A DNA stretch of 40,406 nucleotides, from NCBI GenBank assembly GCA_903925445.1, contig CAIYFE010000033.1, forward strand, positions 1-40,406, read 5' to 3'. The DNA is from an uncultured Burkholderiales bacterium (GTDB lineage Bacteria > Pseudomonadota > Gammaproteobacteria > Burkholderiales > Burkholderiaceae_C). A program made the position numbers and the translations under genes. The notes under the pieces are model-generated. The model saw nothing but the letters and a program-made list of their open reading frames with translations, searched no databases and had not been told where the DNA came from. Positions 9,431 to 19,716 of this stretch are shown here, piece by piece (position 1 is the stretch's first letter; each line of letters begins with the position of its first letter).

Positions 9431-9457
9431 GGCCCGCCACTTCGGCGGGCCTTTTTT
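9431..9457 (+). terminator. Rho-independent terminator after amtB
   Basis: GGCCCGCC-ACTTC-GGCGGGCC followed by TTTTTT. Confidence 0.9.
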
Positions 9458-9525
9458 ATTTTTGAAACAAGTCTTGTTCAAAAAATTCAAAGGACGGGGG
9501 GCGAGTAGCCGCTAACATGATCGCC

Positions 9526-10647
9526 ATGCAAGCCATCCTTGACGACTTTGCGCAACGCATCCGCGATGCCGCGCACACACAAACCCCCTTGCGCTTTCGT
9601 GGCGGCGGGAGCAAAGATTTTTATGGGCAATCGCTGCAAGGCGACGTGCTCGACACCCGTGCTTACTCTGGCGTGATCAGCTACGAGCCGAGCGAACTGG
9701 TGATCACAGTGCGCGCAGGCACACGCCTTGCTGAGGTCGAGCAACTGCTGGCACAGCAAGGCCAATGTTTTGCGTTTGACCCGCCGCATTTTGGCGCGCA
9801 GGCCACGGTGGGTGGCATGGTCGCTGCGGGACTGGCCGGACCTGCCCGCGCCAGCGTGGGCACGGTGCGAGATTTTGTGTTGGGCATTCGCGTGCTCAAC
9901 GGGCAAGGCGAAGATTTGACGTTTGGCGGCCAAGTCATGAAAAACGTGGCGGGCTACGACGTATCGCGCTTGATGGCTGGGAGTTTGGGGCAGTTGGCGT
10001 TGATCACCGAGGTTTCGCTCAAGGTGTTGCCCCTCGCGCCCAGCGAGGCGACTTTGGCTTGTGCGGGCATGACGCAAGCCGTGGCCTTGGCATTGCTGCA
10101 TCGCTGGGGCGCACAACCGCTGCCTTTGAACGCAAGCGCTTGGGTGCAAGACACTTTGTACATTCGCTTGCGCGGCGCGATTGCTGCGGTGGCGTCTGCC
10201 ATCCAAAAAATGACCGACGATGCCAAAACCTTGGGCGCCAGCGTCACCCACATGGGCGACGAAGCCATCGCCGATTGGCAAGCCAGCGCGGAGCAAACCT
10301 TGCCCTTTTTTGCGCAAGCACCCAGCGCGGATGCTTGTCTGTGGCGTTTGTCAGTGCCCCAAACCACGCCCGACTTGGCAAGCCTTGGGATCAGCGAAGC
10401 CAGCTACATCGAGTGGCATGGCGCGCAACGCTGGATTTGGGCGCCTGCTGCGCGCGCCGAGTTTTTGCGCCAAATCACCCGCCAAGTGGGCGGACATGCC
10501 ACGCTGTTCAAAACCAGCGCCTTGCACGGTGGGGCTGACAAATCGGTCGGCGTGTTCAGCCCACTGGAGGCTGTGCAGCAACGCATTCAAACCCAATTGA
10601 AAAAACAATTTGACCCCGCCGGTGTGTTCAACCCAGGACGTGTTTAA
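9526..10647 (+). CDS. glcE: Glycolate oxidase FAD-binding subunit
   Basis: RGGGSKDFYG, YEPSELVITVRAGT, FGGQVMKNVAGYDVSRL, EWHGAQRW, FDPAGVFNPGR. Start is 9526 or 9517. Confidence 0.95.
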   Translation: MQAILDDFAQRIRDAAHTQTPLRFRGGGSKDFYGQSLQGDVLDTRAYSGVISYEPSELVITVRAGTRLAEVEQLLAQQGQCFAFDPPHFGAQATVGGMVAAGLAGPARASVGTVRDFVLGIRVLNGQGEDLTFGGQVMKNVAGYDVSRLMAGSLGQLALITEVSLKVLPLAPSEATLACAGMTQAVALALLHRWGAQPLPLNASAWVQDTLYIRLRGAIAAVASAIQKMTDDAKTLGASVTHMGDEAIADWQASAEQTLPFFAQAPSADACLWRLSVPQTTPDLASLGISEASYIEWHGAQRWIWAPAARAEFLRQITRQVGGHATLFKTSALHGGADKSVGVFSPLEAVQQRIQTQLKKQFDPAGVFNPGRV

Positions 10648-10658
10648 CGGCAACTTTC

Positions 10659-11903
10659 ATGCAAACCCATCTCGCTCCTCAATACCAAAACACGCCCGAA
10701 GGCCGTGAAGCCGAAGCCATCTTGCGCAAATGCGTGCACTGCGGTTTTTGCACCGCCACTTGTCCCACTTACCAATTGCTGGGTGACGAGTTGGATGGCC
10801 CGCGCGGGCGCATCTATTTGATGAAACAAGTCCTCGAAGGCGCCGAACCAACCCGAGCGACACAACAGCACTTGGATCGCTGCTTGACCTGCCGCAATTG
10901 CGAAAGCACCTGCCCCAGCGGCGTGCAATATGGGCATTTGGTGGACATCGGGCGCAAATTGGTCGATGAAAAAGTCAAACGCCCCTGGGGCGAGCGTTGG
11001 GTGCGTTGGGCTTTGAAAGAAGGCTTGCCATCGCCTTGGTTTGCGCCAGCGATGAAGTTAGGGCAAGCGGTGCGTGGCGTGTTGCCAGCTGCGCTTCAGG
11101 CCAAAGTCCCCGCGCCTCAAAACGCTGGCGCTTGGCCGCAGCAAGTGCATGCACGCAAGGTGTTGATGCTGGCCGGATGTGTGCAACCGGCCATGTTGCC
11201 CAACATCAACGCTGCGACTGCTCGCGTGTTGGATGCAGCAGGCATTCAAACGCTCATTGCGCCCGAAGCGGGTTGTTGTGGCGCGGTCAAATTTCATTTG
11301 AACGACCAAGACGGCGGCATGGCGCAAATGCGCGCCAACATTGACGCGTGGTGGCCGTTTGTTGCGCCCGACAGCGACCAGCCCGTCCAAGCCATTGTGA
11401 TGAACGCTTCGGGCTGCGGCGTCATGGTCAAAGACTATGGCCACGTTTTGCGCAACGACCCTGCTTACGCGGCCAAGGCCCAGCGCATCAGCGAACTCAC
11501 GCGCGATCTCAGTGAATTGCTGCCCGACTTGGTGCCCAGTTTGAAGTCAAAACTCAAACCACAAAAATTGGCGCAAGCGGGACAACAAGTGTTTCATCCG
11601 CCCTGTACCTTGCAACATGGTCAACAGCTCAAAGGCGGGGTTGAAAAACATTTGGGTGAATTGGGCTTTGCCGTGCAAACAGCGGCAGTAGAGCCGCATT
11701 TGTGTTGTGGCTCAGCGGGCACGTACAGCGTTTTGAATCCCAAAATTTCTTATGCTTTGCGCGATCGCAAATTGGGGCATCTCCAAGCGTCACAGCCCAA
11801 GGCCATTTTGAGTGCCAACGTGGGCTGTATCACGCATTTGCAAAGCGGCTCTCAAGTGCCAGTCAAGCATTGGGTTGAAGCGCTGGACGAAGCCTTGCGT
11901 TGA
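10659..11903 (+). CDS. glcF: Glycolate oxidase iron-sulfur subunit
   Basis: CVHCGFCTATCP, CLTCRNCESTCP and two CCG domains. Confidence 0.96.
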   Translation: MQTHLAPQYQNTPEGREAEAILRKCVHCGFCTATCPTYQLLGDELDGPRGRIYLMKQVLEGAEPTRATQQHLDRCLTCRNCESTCPSGVQYGHLVDIGRKLVDEKVKRPWGERWVRWALKEGLPSPWFAPAMKLGQAVRGVLPAALQAKVPAPQNAGAWPQQVHARKVLMLAGCVQPAMLPNINAATARVLDAAGIQTLIAPEAGCCGAVKFHLNDQDGGMAQMRANIDAWWPFVAPDSDQPVQAIVMNASGCGVMVKDYGHVLRNDPAYAAKAQRISELTRDLSELLPDLVPSLKSKLKPQKLAQAGQQVFHPPCTLQHGQQLKGGVEKHLGELGFAVQTAAVEPHLCCGSAGTYSVLNPKISYALRDRKLGHLQASQPKAILSANVGCITHLQSGSQVPVKHWVEALDEALR

Positions 11904-11917
11904 AGGCCGGGCGTTGA

Positions 11918-12406
11918 TCAAGCGCCTTGCAAGGCTGCTTCGATGTCGTGCGCTAATTTTTCGGGCTTGTCCATGGGCGCATAGCGTTTGATGACGTGGC
12001 CATCTTTGCCGATCAAGAACTTGGTGAAATTCCACTTGATGGCTTCGCTGCCCAAGATGCCCGTTGCTTCTTGTTTGAGCCATTGGTAAATCGGGTGCGC
12101 TTGCGTGCCATTGACGTCTACTTTTTCCATCATGGTGAAGCTCACGCCATAATTTTTTTGGCAGAACGCACCAATTTCTTCATTGCTGCCGGGGTCTTGG
12201 TGGCCAAACTGGTTGCATGGAAAACCAATCACTTCCAGCCCTTGGGGCGCATAGCGGTCATGCAGCTTTTGCAGACCTTCAAATTGCGGCGTGAAACCGC
12301 AAGCGCTGGCGGTGTTGACAATCAACACCACTTTGCCGTGCAGCGATGAAAAATCCAGAGGTGTGCCGTCAATGCGAGTGGCTTCAAAGCTGCTGAAATG
12401 TGTCAT
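11918..12406 (-). CDS. Glutathione peroxidase family (Cys-type)
   Basis: VNTASACGFTPQ, GFPCNQFG, KWNFTKFL. Confidence 0.95.
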   Translation of the reverse strand: MTHFSSFEATRIDGTPLDFSSLHGKVVLIVNTASACGFTPQFEGLQKLHDRYAPQGLEVIGFPCNQFGHQDPGSNEEIGAFCQKNYGVSFTMMEKVDVNGTQAHPIYQWLKQEATGILGSEAIKWNFTKFLIGKDGHVIKRYAPMDKPEKLAHDIEAALQGA

Positions 12407-12410
12407 GGGG

Positions 12411-13718
12411 TCATCCGTGAAGTTCGTCGTGTCGGGCGATGTTGATCAAACGATCCAGTTCTGCTCGGTGCTTGATGCTGTTGGTTTCGTGCCAGAGTTT
12501 GATCAACCACATGGTGTAAGCCACCAACACGCCAAACCCAGTGATGGCGCCGTAAGCGCTCATGCCCAAGCTGGTGCACAAGGTGTACAGGCCACCCAAT
12601 CCCAAAATGCAGAGTTGCTCATTGAGGTTTTGCACCGCAATCGAGCGCCCAGCGCCCATGAGGTTGTGGCCTCGGTGTTGCAGCAATGCGTTCATGGGCA
12701 CGACCATGAATCCGCCCAACGCGCCCAAGATCACCAAAAATGGCACGGCCACTTGCAAGCTGGAGATGAAATTCATGGCCACCACAAACACGCCCATGAC
12801 AATGCCCAGCGGCATGACGCGGGTGGCGTGCTCAAGGCGCATTTTCATGGAAGCCACAATCGCGCCGACTGCGGTGCCAATCGCGACCACGCCAACCAGG
12901 CTGGAGGCTTGTGTTGTGCCATACCCCAAAGCAGCCGCACTCCAAGCCAACACGATGTAGCGCAAGTTGCCGCTGACCCCCCAAAACAAGGTGGTGGTCG
13001 AGAGAGAAATTTGTCCCAATTTGTCTTGCCACAAACGCTGGTTGCAATGCCAAAAATCTGGCAACAAATGCAGCAAATTGCGCAGCATGCTTTTGTTGGG
13101 ATCGCTGCGCATGGGCATGAGTGCCGCACCCGTGTAGGGAATGCGGGTGTTGAACCAAGCAGCAATGCCGTAGAGCACAACCAAGCAAGCAATGGCCGCT
13201 TCAACCGGGGTGTCGATGCCGGTGGTCATGAAAGGCATGTCAAACGACAGCAAACAAGAAGACAGTTGATGCCCCACCAATTGCCCACCCAATAAAACAC
13301 CCAAGATGATGGAGGTGATGGTCAGGCCTTCGATCCAGCCGTTGGCCTTGACCAATTGCGACGCAGGCAATAACTCGGTCAAGATGCCGTATTTGGCGGG
13401 TGAGTAAGCTGCAGCGCCCAAACCCACCACGGCATAAGCGAGCAAAGGATGCACACCAAACAACATCAGCAAACAGCCAAATACTTTGATGGTGTTGCTC
13501 AACAGCATGACTTCACCTTTGGGGCGTGAGTCTGCAAAAGCGCCCACGAAGGGCGCCAAGATGACGTAGAACAACGCAAACATCGGCACCAAAGCCGCGC
13601 GCTGCCACTCGGCAGCGCCGTCTGTTTTGAGTAACTCAACTGCAGTCACAAATAACGCGTTGTCGGCCAACGAGCTAAAAAACTGAGCCGACATGATGGT
13701 GTAAAAACCGCGCTTCAT
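12411..13718 (-). CDS. lplT: Lysophospholipid transporter (MFS)
   Basis: [65 protein letters not shown]. Start trimmed to the ATG at 13718. Confidence 0.92.
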   Translation of the reverse strand: MKRGFYTIMSAQFFSSLADNALFVTAVELLKTDGAAEWQRAALVPMFALFYVILAPFVGAFADSRPKGEVMLLSNTIKVFGCLLMLFGVHPLLAYAVVGLGAAAYSPAKYGILTELLPASQLVKANGWIEGLTITSIILGVLLGGQLVGHQLSSCLLSFDMPFMTTGIDTPVEAAIACLVVLYGIAAWFNTRIPYTGAALMPMRSDPNKSMLRNLLHLLPDFWHCNQRLWQDKLGQISLSTTTLFWGVSGNLRYIVLAWSAAALGYGTTQASSLVGVVAIGTAVGAIVASMKMRLEHATRVMPLGIVMGVFVVAMNFISSLQVAVPFLVILGALGGFMVVPMNALLQHRGHNLMGAGRSIAVQNLNEQLCILGLGGLYTLCTSLGMSAYGAITGFGVLVAYTMWLIKLWHETNSIKHRAELDRLINIARHDELHG

Positions 13719-13818
13719 AAAAAATCTGGACTTCGCAAACGGGTTGCGAAAACTGTTCCTCGTTTTCTCTTTTCCCAAAGACATGAGGTTATATCACGTG
13801 AGTGCCACAATATTGGGT

Positions 13819-14922
13819 ATGCCACGTCCGATCCAAGCCTTTGTTCATTCTGCCGCCTTGCGTCACAACCTCCAGCGCATGCGTGAGGCCGCACCCAATT
13901 CCCGCGTTTGGGCGGTCGTCAAAGCCAATGCTTATGGGCACGGCATTGAGCGGGTGTTTGAAGCTTTTCGCGCCGCCGATGGCTTTGCCTTGCTTGACCT
14001 GGAAGAGGCCAAACGCTTACGGGCATTGGGCTGGCGCGGACCGGTCTTGTTGTTGGAAGGCGTCTTTGAAGCGCGCGATTTAGAGCTGTGCTCAAGCCTT
14101 GAGCTGTGGCATGTGGTGCATTGTGATGATCAAATTGACATGCTGAGTCGTCACAAAACACAAGTTCCGCATCGGATTTTTCTCAAAATGAACAGCGGAA
14201 TGAATCGTTTGGGCTTTACGCCTAGGCGACTGCGTTCTGCGTGGGCACGGCTCAATCAGTTGCCCCAAGTGGATGAAATTTCATTCATGACGCATTTCAG
14301 CGATGCCGATGGCGACAAAGGCGTGAGCGATCAGTTGATGAAATTTCTACAAACCACGCAAGACCTGCCCGGCGAGCGCAGCACCAGCAACAGCGCTGCG
14401 TTGCTGCGACACGGCCAAGATGACAGCGTGGCCGCCGATTGGGTGCGCCCCGGCATTGCGTTGTATGGCAGCTCGCCCGATTTCCCTCAGCACGACTTGG
14501 CGCATTGGGATTTGCAGCCCACCATGAGTTTGCGCAGCCAAATCATTGGTGTGCAAGACCTCGAGGTGGGCGACACGGTGGGGTATGGCTCTTCTTTCCA
14601 AGCGGAGCGCGCCATGCGAATTGGCATCGTGGCATGTGGTTATGCCGATGGTTATCCGCGTCACTGCCCAACGGGCACGCCCATTTTGGTGGACGGCATC
14701 CGAACACGCACCTTGGGTCGCGTGAGCATGGACATGTTGGCGGTGGATTTGACGCCTTGTCCACAAGCCGGTTTTGGCGCCGAAGTGACGCTGTGGGGCA
14801 CCTCAAGCCATGGCGCGGTCTTGCCCATTGACGAAGTGGCGCAAGCCGCATCCACCGTGGGCTACGAGTTGATGTGTGCGGTGTCTTCGCGCGTCAAATT
14901 TGTCGACGATCAAGTCGGATAA
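13819..14922 (+). CDS. alr: Alanine racemase
   Basis: PLP lysine motif [39 protein letters not shown]. Start trimmed to MPRPI. Confidence 0.96.
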   Translation: MPRPIQAFVHSAALRHNLQRMREAAPNSRVWAVVKANAYGHGIERVFEAFRAADGFALLDLEEAKRLRALGWRGPVLLLEGVFEARDLELCSSLELWHVVHCDDQIDMLSRHKTQVPHRIFLKMNSGMNRLGFTPRRLRSAWARLNQLPQVDEISFMTHFSDADGDKGVSDQLMKFLQTTQDLPGERSTSNSAALLRHGQDDSVAADWVRPGIALYGSSPDFPQHDLAHWDLQPTMSLRSQIIGVQDLEVGDTVGYGSSFQAERAMRIGIVACGYADGYPRHCPTGTPILVDGIRTRTLGRVSMDMLAVDLTPCPQAGFGAEVTLWGTSSHGAVLPIDEVAQAASTVGYELMCAVSSRVKFVDDQVG

Positions 14923-15920
14923 AGCCCCAAGCCTTGGGCTTGCAGCCGTGCCAAACCCATCAGGGCTTGGCTGAACGGCGTGTCAACCCCGGTGATCTGC
15001 CCCAATTCGCACACCGCGCCCACCAAGGCGTCAAGTTCAACTGGGCGCAAAGCTTGGACGTCTTGCAGCATGGATGTTTTGAATGCGCCCAACTTGCGGG
15101 TCACCGCGTGGCGGTCTTCGGGTTGTTGATCAATGGCAATGCCCAAGCGCTGACCAATGGCCTTGGCCTCCAACATGACGCGAGAGATGAAGTCCAACAC
15201 CATCGGGTCGTTCATGATTTTGTCGGTGGTGGCACCTGTGAGCGCACTCACGGGGTTGACGCTCATGTTGCCCCACAGCTTGTACCAAACGTCTTTTTGA
15301 ATTTGCTGCGACAGCGTGGCGTCAAAGCCCGCTTGTTGCAGCAAAGCGTGCAGAGCTTGAGCACGTTGTGTGACCACGCCCGAGGGTTCGCCCACGATCA
15401 AGCCGTTGCCAAAGTGATGTTGAATTTGTCCCGGCGCATGCACCGAGCAACTCGCGTGCACCACGCACCCCAGCACATGCTGCGGCGCAATGGCTTGCGC
15501 AATGGCGCCATCGCGATCGACGCTGGTCAGGGCGGTGTTGGCGTGATCACCGCCAAAGTTGTGCAAAAACCACCAAGGCACGCCGTTCATGGCGGTCAGC
15601 ACAACGGTGTGTTCACCCAGCAAGGGCTGGATGTGTTGCGCAACGTCATGCAGCGCAGGCGCTTTGACGGCGATGATGACCAAGTCTTGCACGCCAAGCT
15701 CGAGCGGTTGTGCGCTGACTTTGACACGGGTTTGAAGCCACTCGAAGTTGGAGCTGCCTTGGGGATTGGGCAACAACTGCAAGCCATCGCGCTGGAGCGC
15801 TTGCAGCGTGGCGCCGCGCGCCACCACCGACAACGCAACCCCTGGACATTGCGCCAAGCGTGCGCCCATCCAGCCGCCAATGGAGCCGGCGCCGTAAATA
15901 CAAATCTTTTGGAAAGTCAT
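14910..15920 (-). CDS. 2-dehydropantoate 2-reductase (ApbA/PanE family)
   Basis: GAGSIG Rossmann motif, [30 protein letters not shown]. Confidence 0.88.
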   Translation of the reverse strand: MTFQKICIYGAGSIGGWMGARLAQCPGVALSVVARGATLQALQRDGLQLLPNPQGSSNFEWLQTRVKVSAQPLELGVQDLVIIAVKAPALHDVAQHIQPLLGEHTVVLTAMNGVPWWFLHNFGGDHANTALTSVDRDGAIAQAIAPQHVLGCVVHASCSVHAPGQIQHHFGNGLIVGEPSGVVTQRAQALHALLQQAGFDATLSQQIQKDVWYKLWGNMSVNPVSALTGATTDKIMNDPMVLDFISRVMLEAKAIGQRLGIAIDQQPEDRHAVTRKLGAFKTSMLQDVQALRPVELDALVGAVCELGQITGVDTPFSQALMGLARLQAQGLGLYPT

Positions 15921-16678
15921 TGTTGGTAATCGGTGGTGATGCGGTTGACTTGACGCACCAATGCGTTGAACACATCCACGCCCGCGCCACCGCCATGCTT
16001 GTCGTCAAACTGCAAAGAATCGCGGGTGCATTTGGCCGCGATGTGTTCGGGCACGGCAATGGGTTGGCCCATGCTCAAAGTGGCCATTTGAATTTCGCAG
16101 GCGCGTTGCAGCGTCCACAAAATGGCAAAGGCTTCGGGCAACGTGCGTCCCCACGACAAGAGGCCGTGATTGCGCAAAATCACAGCAGGTTTGTGACCCA
16201 TGCTTTGCAGCACGCGAGGGCCTTCTTCGGCGTGCACCGTGATGCCTTCAAACGTGTGATACGCCACCATGTCATGCAATTGCGCCGAGTAAAAGTTGCT
16301 TTGCGACAAACCCTCTTGCAAGCAGGCGACGGCAACACCGGCCGTGGTGTGCGTGTGCATCACACAATGCGCGTGCTCAATGCCACCGTGGATGGTGCTG
16401 TGCAACACATAGCCCGCCGGGTTGATGGGATGTGTTGAGCCATCCAACACATCGCCTTGCAAATTGATTTTGACCAAGTTGCTGGCGGTGACTTCGGTGT
16501 AGTGCAGACCAAAAGGGTTGATCAAAAACTGCTTGTCGTCGCCGCTCACGCTGTGCGGCAAGCGCACGGTGATGTGGTTGTAGATCATCTCCGTCCAGCC
16601 AAGCATGGCAAAGATGCGATAGCAAGCCGCCAATTCGACGCGGGCGGCCCATTCGTCAGGATGAAATTTTTCAGACAT
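15917..16678 (-). CDS. Class II aldolase/adducin family protein
   Basis: LAACYR, IYNHITVR, FLINPFGL, HSTIH, MHTHT, ILRNHG. Start trimmed to MSEKFH. Confidence 0.92.
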   Translation of the reverse strand: MSEKFHPDEWAARVELAACYRIFAMLGWTEMIYNHITVRLPHSVSGDDKQFLINPFGLHYTEVTASNLVKINLQGDVLDGSTHPINPAGYVLHSTIHGGIEHAHCVMHTHTTAGVAVACLQEGLSQSNFYSAQLHDMVAYHTFEGITVHAEEGPRVLQSMGHKPAVILRNHGLLSWGRTLPEAFAILWTLQRACEIQMATLSMGQPIAVPEHIAAKCTRDSLQFDDKHGGGAGVDVFNALVRQVNRITTDYQQ

Positions 16679-16694
16679 GGTGAACTTTCTGGAG

Positions 16695-17513
16695 TCAGTA
16701 AACACGCGCTTGGTCAGAAGCTTGGGGTTGCGCGGGCGCGGCTTTGAACTTGGCGGCCAGCAACGAGGTTTGCCGTGCCAAAATAACCGAGTCAACGCCC
16801 ACGGCAACAAACACGGCACCCAAGGCGATGTAGCGTTTGGCCAAGGTTTCGTCGGTCATCAAAATGCCGGGCGCTTTGCCTGCTTTCAAAATGCGCGCAA
16901 TTGCGTCTTCAATGGCGCTTTGCACTTCGGGATGACCGGGGTTGCCCACATGACCCAGCGAGGCAGACAAATCGGCCGGACCGATGAACACGCCGTCAAC
17001 GCCTTCGGTGGCGGCAATGGCGTCCAGGTTGTTCAGTGCTTCGCGAGTTTCTGCTTGCACCAAGATGCAGACTTGGTCGTTGGCTTCTTTGGCGTAGTTG
17101 GGATAGCGTCCCCAGCGAGAAGCACGCGCACCCGCCATGCCACGCATGCCGCCTTTGCCATCGTCTTGCGGATAGCGACAGGCTCGCACAATTGCGGCGG
17201 CTTGCTCGGCGGTGTCAACCATAGGAATGAGCACATTGCGAGCGCCAATGTCCAAGACTTGTTTGAGGAGGGCCGCGTCATCGTGCGGCACGCGCAGCAC
17301 AGGGTGCGAGTCGGGATAGGCCGCAATGGTTTGGAGTTGTGCGAGAAGCGTGAGCAAATCATTGGGGCCGTGTTCGCCGTCCAGCACCAGCCAGTCAAAG
17401 CCGGCACCGGCGCAAATTTCGGCGGTCACGGCGTTGCCAAGTCCGACCCACAAACCAATTTGGGTTTGGCGCCGATGCAGCGCTTGCTTGAAGGTGTTGA
17501 CAGGAGTTTGCAT
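16695..17513 (-). CDS. hpaI: 4-hydroxy-2-oxoheptanedioate aldolase (HpcH/HpaI)
   Basis: [45 protein letters not shown]. Located in the hpa operon. Confidence 0.92.
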   Translation of the reverse strand: MQTPVNTFKQALHRRQTQIGLWVGLGNAVTAEICAGAGFDWLVLDGEHGPNDLLTLLAQLQTIAAYPDSHPVLRVPHDDAALLKQVLDIGARNVLIPMVDTAEQAAAIVRACRYPQDDGKGGMRGMAGARASRWGRYPNYAKEANDQVCILVQAETREALNNLDAIAATEGVDGVFIGPADLSASLGHVGNPGHPEVQSAIEDAIARILKAGKAPGILMTDETLAKRYIALGAVFVAVGVDSVILARQTSLLAAKFKAAPAQPQASDQARVY

Positions 17514-17527
17514 GCTGAGCCTTGGGG

Positions 17528-18343
17528 TTAGACGAATTGAAATTTGAGGCTGCCCAAAGCGCCGTAATCGGCTTCGAAGACATCGCCTTTTTTGGCGGCC
17601 ACAGGACGCGTGAAGGAGCCGGCCAGCACAATTTCTCCGGCTTTCAAATACTCGCCCCAAGGCGCGAGTTTGTTGGCCAGCCACGCAATGCCAATGGCAG
17701 GATGGCCTTGCACCCCAGCGGCCAAGCCGGTTTCTTCCACCACGCCGTTTTGTTTGAGCACCGCGCCGCACCAAGGCAAGTCGGTGGTGTGCGGATCGAC
17801 TTGTGCCGCGCCCAGCACGATGCCTGCATTGGCCGCGTTGTCGCTGATGGTGTCAAAGACCTTGCGCATGACGCGCGTGTGGCGGTCAAACTGCTCGATG
17901 CGTGCATCGATGATCTCTACCGCCGGTGTGACGTATTCGGTGGCGTCCAGCACTTGTTCCCGTGTGACGTTGGGGCCGCGCAAATCGTGCTTGAGAACAA
18001 AGGCCAATTCGACTTCGACGCGTGGGGCAATGAAGTGGGTCACGTCAATTTCCAAGGTCTGGCCGGGCGTGCAGGTGTAGCGCATGTTGTCCAGCAAGGT
18101 GCCGTAATCGGGCTCGTCGATTTGGCTGGCTTGCTGCATGGCGCGACTGGTCAAACCAATTTTGTGGCCAATGGGGGTGCGGCCTTGCGCGGCCTTGAGC
18201 TTCATCCAAGCGCGGTTGATGCGGTAGCCGTCTTCGATCGTCATCTCTGGAAAGCGTTTTGAAAAATGCTCGATCTGGATGCGAGATTTTTCGGATTGAT
18301 CCAGCTCTTGGGCAAGTTGTTGTATGCGTGCGTCGTCAAACAT
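17528..18343 (-). CDS. hpaH: 2-oxo-hept-4-ene-1,7-dioate hydratase
   Basis: [51 protein letters not shown]. Confidence 0.95.
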   Translation of the reverse strand: MFDDARIQQLAQELDQSEKSRIQIEHFSKRFPEMTIEDGYRINRAWMKLKAAQGRTPIGHKIGLTSRAMQQASQIDEPDYGTLLDNMRYTCTPGQTLEIDVTHFIAPRVEVELAFVLKHDLRGPNVTREQVLDATEYVTPAVEIIDARIEQFDRHTRVMRKVFDTISDNAANAGIVLGAAQVDPHTTDLPWCGAVLKQNGVVEETGLAAGVQGHPAIGIAWLANKLAPWGEYLKAGEIVLAGSFTRPVAAKKGDVFEADYGALGSLKFQFV

Positions 18344-18348
18344 GGTGA

Positions 18349-18780
18349 TCAGTTTTTGTTGAAAAGTGGATGGAGCGTGCTGTGCTTGGCGTCGAACACT
18401 TCTTGGCCCACGTCAATTTGCAGCGTCACGCCCATGTGGGTGCGGGCAAAGACATCGCGCAGTTGGTGCTTGGTCGCAGCCAACAAAGCTTGCCCAACCC
18501 GTTGCTGCACCGCCTCCGTTCGGCCTTTGCCCATGCGAAGGTTGAGGTAGATGAAGGCGTAATCGCCGGAGCCGCCGACATCCATGCCCGCAGCGCCGCC
18601 ATCGGCAATCGCGTAATGCGGCGCGGGATACGCGAGAACGCGGGTGCCGCCGGTGGGGAAAACTTGCTGACCTTGTTCATCGGTGATGCCAAGCATCGTG
18701 TCTGCCAAGTTTCGGCAAAGCGCGCTCATGTCGGTTTCGTGATCCAACTGCGCGGTGTAGAGAATGACCAGATGCGGCAT
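18349..18780 (-). CDS. hpaF: 5-carboxymethyl-2-hydroxymuconate isomerase
   Basis: N-terminal catalytic Pro (MPHLVILYT), [15 protein letters not shown]. Confidence 0.9.
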   Translation of the reverse strand: MPHLVILYTAQLDHETDMSALCRNLADTMLGITDEQGQQVFPTGGTRVLAYPAPHYAIADGGAAGMDVGGSGDYAFIYLNLRMGKGRTEAVQQRVGQALLAATKHQLRDVFARTHMGVTLQIDVGQEVFDAKHSTLHPLFNKN

Positions 18781-18790
18781 GAAACGTCTC

Positions 18791-19714
18791 CTATAAACGG
18801 TGGACAGCTTGAAAACCTTGGGTCGCACTGGCCACCGCACTGGGAATGTGCTGGCCTGTTTGCGGTGTGACGGGCAACACCGCATTGAGTTGACCGGTGC
18901 CCGATGCGCCAAAGTAAGGCGTGATGATTTCTGCGGGTGCGTCGTAATCGCTCCAGCCCAAGGCGCCCAAGAGCATGGCAGTGTCGTGCATGAAGCCTTC
19001 GCCATGGCCTTTGCTGGCGTACTCGGGCAGCATGGCGCAAAACTCAGACCACTGCGCCGTTTGCCACATCTGCAACACACGCTGATCGAGTTGCTCCAAA
19101 AACGGACTCCAAATTTTGAAGGCGTATTCAGGCGCCAAACCATTTTGTGCAAACCGATGACTCAATGAACCACTGGCCAAAAAAGCCACTTTACCGGCGT
19201 AGTGCTGCTCAACGGCTTGTCGCATGGCCCAACCCAAACGCGCACTGTCGTCTAAATAATGCGCCATGCACAAGGCCGAAACTGAAACCACTTTGAAATG
19301 TTGGTCGGCGTTCATGTAGCGCAAAGGCACCAAAGTGCCGTACTCGGGTGCGAGTGTGGTGGCGTCGTGCGCCAGCGTGTCCACGCCGTGTGCGTTGCAA
19401 ACCTGCGCCAGCAAATGGCCTAACTCGGGGTTGCCCGGCGATTCATATGCCATGTTGCTGATGAAGTGCGGCAACTCGTTGCTGGTGTAAGTGCCTTTGA
19501 AATGTGCAGCACAGTTGATGTGATAACTCGCGTTGACCAACCAATGCGTGTCAAACACTACCAAGGTGTCTACGCCCAGAGCACGGCAGCGACGGCTGAT
19601 TTCCAAGTGCCCGTCGATCGCGTCTTGTCGCGTGCCCAGGCGCGGCCCGGGCAGCTCGCTCAAGTACATGCTGGGCACGTGGGTGATTTTGGCGGCGAGG
19701 GCGAGTTGTCCCAT
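18791..19714 (-). CDS. hpaD: 3,4-dihydroxyphenylacetate (homoprotocatechuate) 2,3-dioxygenase
   Basis: MGQLALAAKITHVPSMYLSE, VFDTHW, TSNELPHFI, ASGSLSH, GEGFMHDTAML. Confidence 0.95.
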   Translation of the reverse strand: MGQLALAAKITHVPSMYLSELPGPRLGTRQDAIDGHLEISRRCRALGVDTLVVFDTHWLVNASYHINCAAHFKGTYTSNELPHFISNMAYESPGNPELGHLLAQVCNAHGVDTLAHDATTLAPEYGTLVPLRYMNADQHFKVVSVSALCMAHYLDDSARLGWAMRQAVEQHYAGKVAFLASGSLSHRFAQNGLAPEYAFKIWSPFLEQLDQRVLQMWQTAQWSEFCAMLPEYASKGHGEGFMHDTAMLLGALGWSDYDAPAEIITPYFGASGTGQLNAVLPVTPQTGQHIPSAVASATQGFQAVHRL

Positions 19715-19716
19715 GG

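Noticed and set aside
7946-9490. 514-aa antisense ORF over amtB
   Set aside because: It is a codon-aligned shadow of a highly biased gene with no recognisable motifs. The same applies to 125-1522 over metH and the other long antisense ORFs.
11918-12406. Selenocysteine in the glutathione peroxidase
   Set aside because: The active-site codon is TGC (Cys) and the ORF is uninterrupted.
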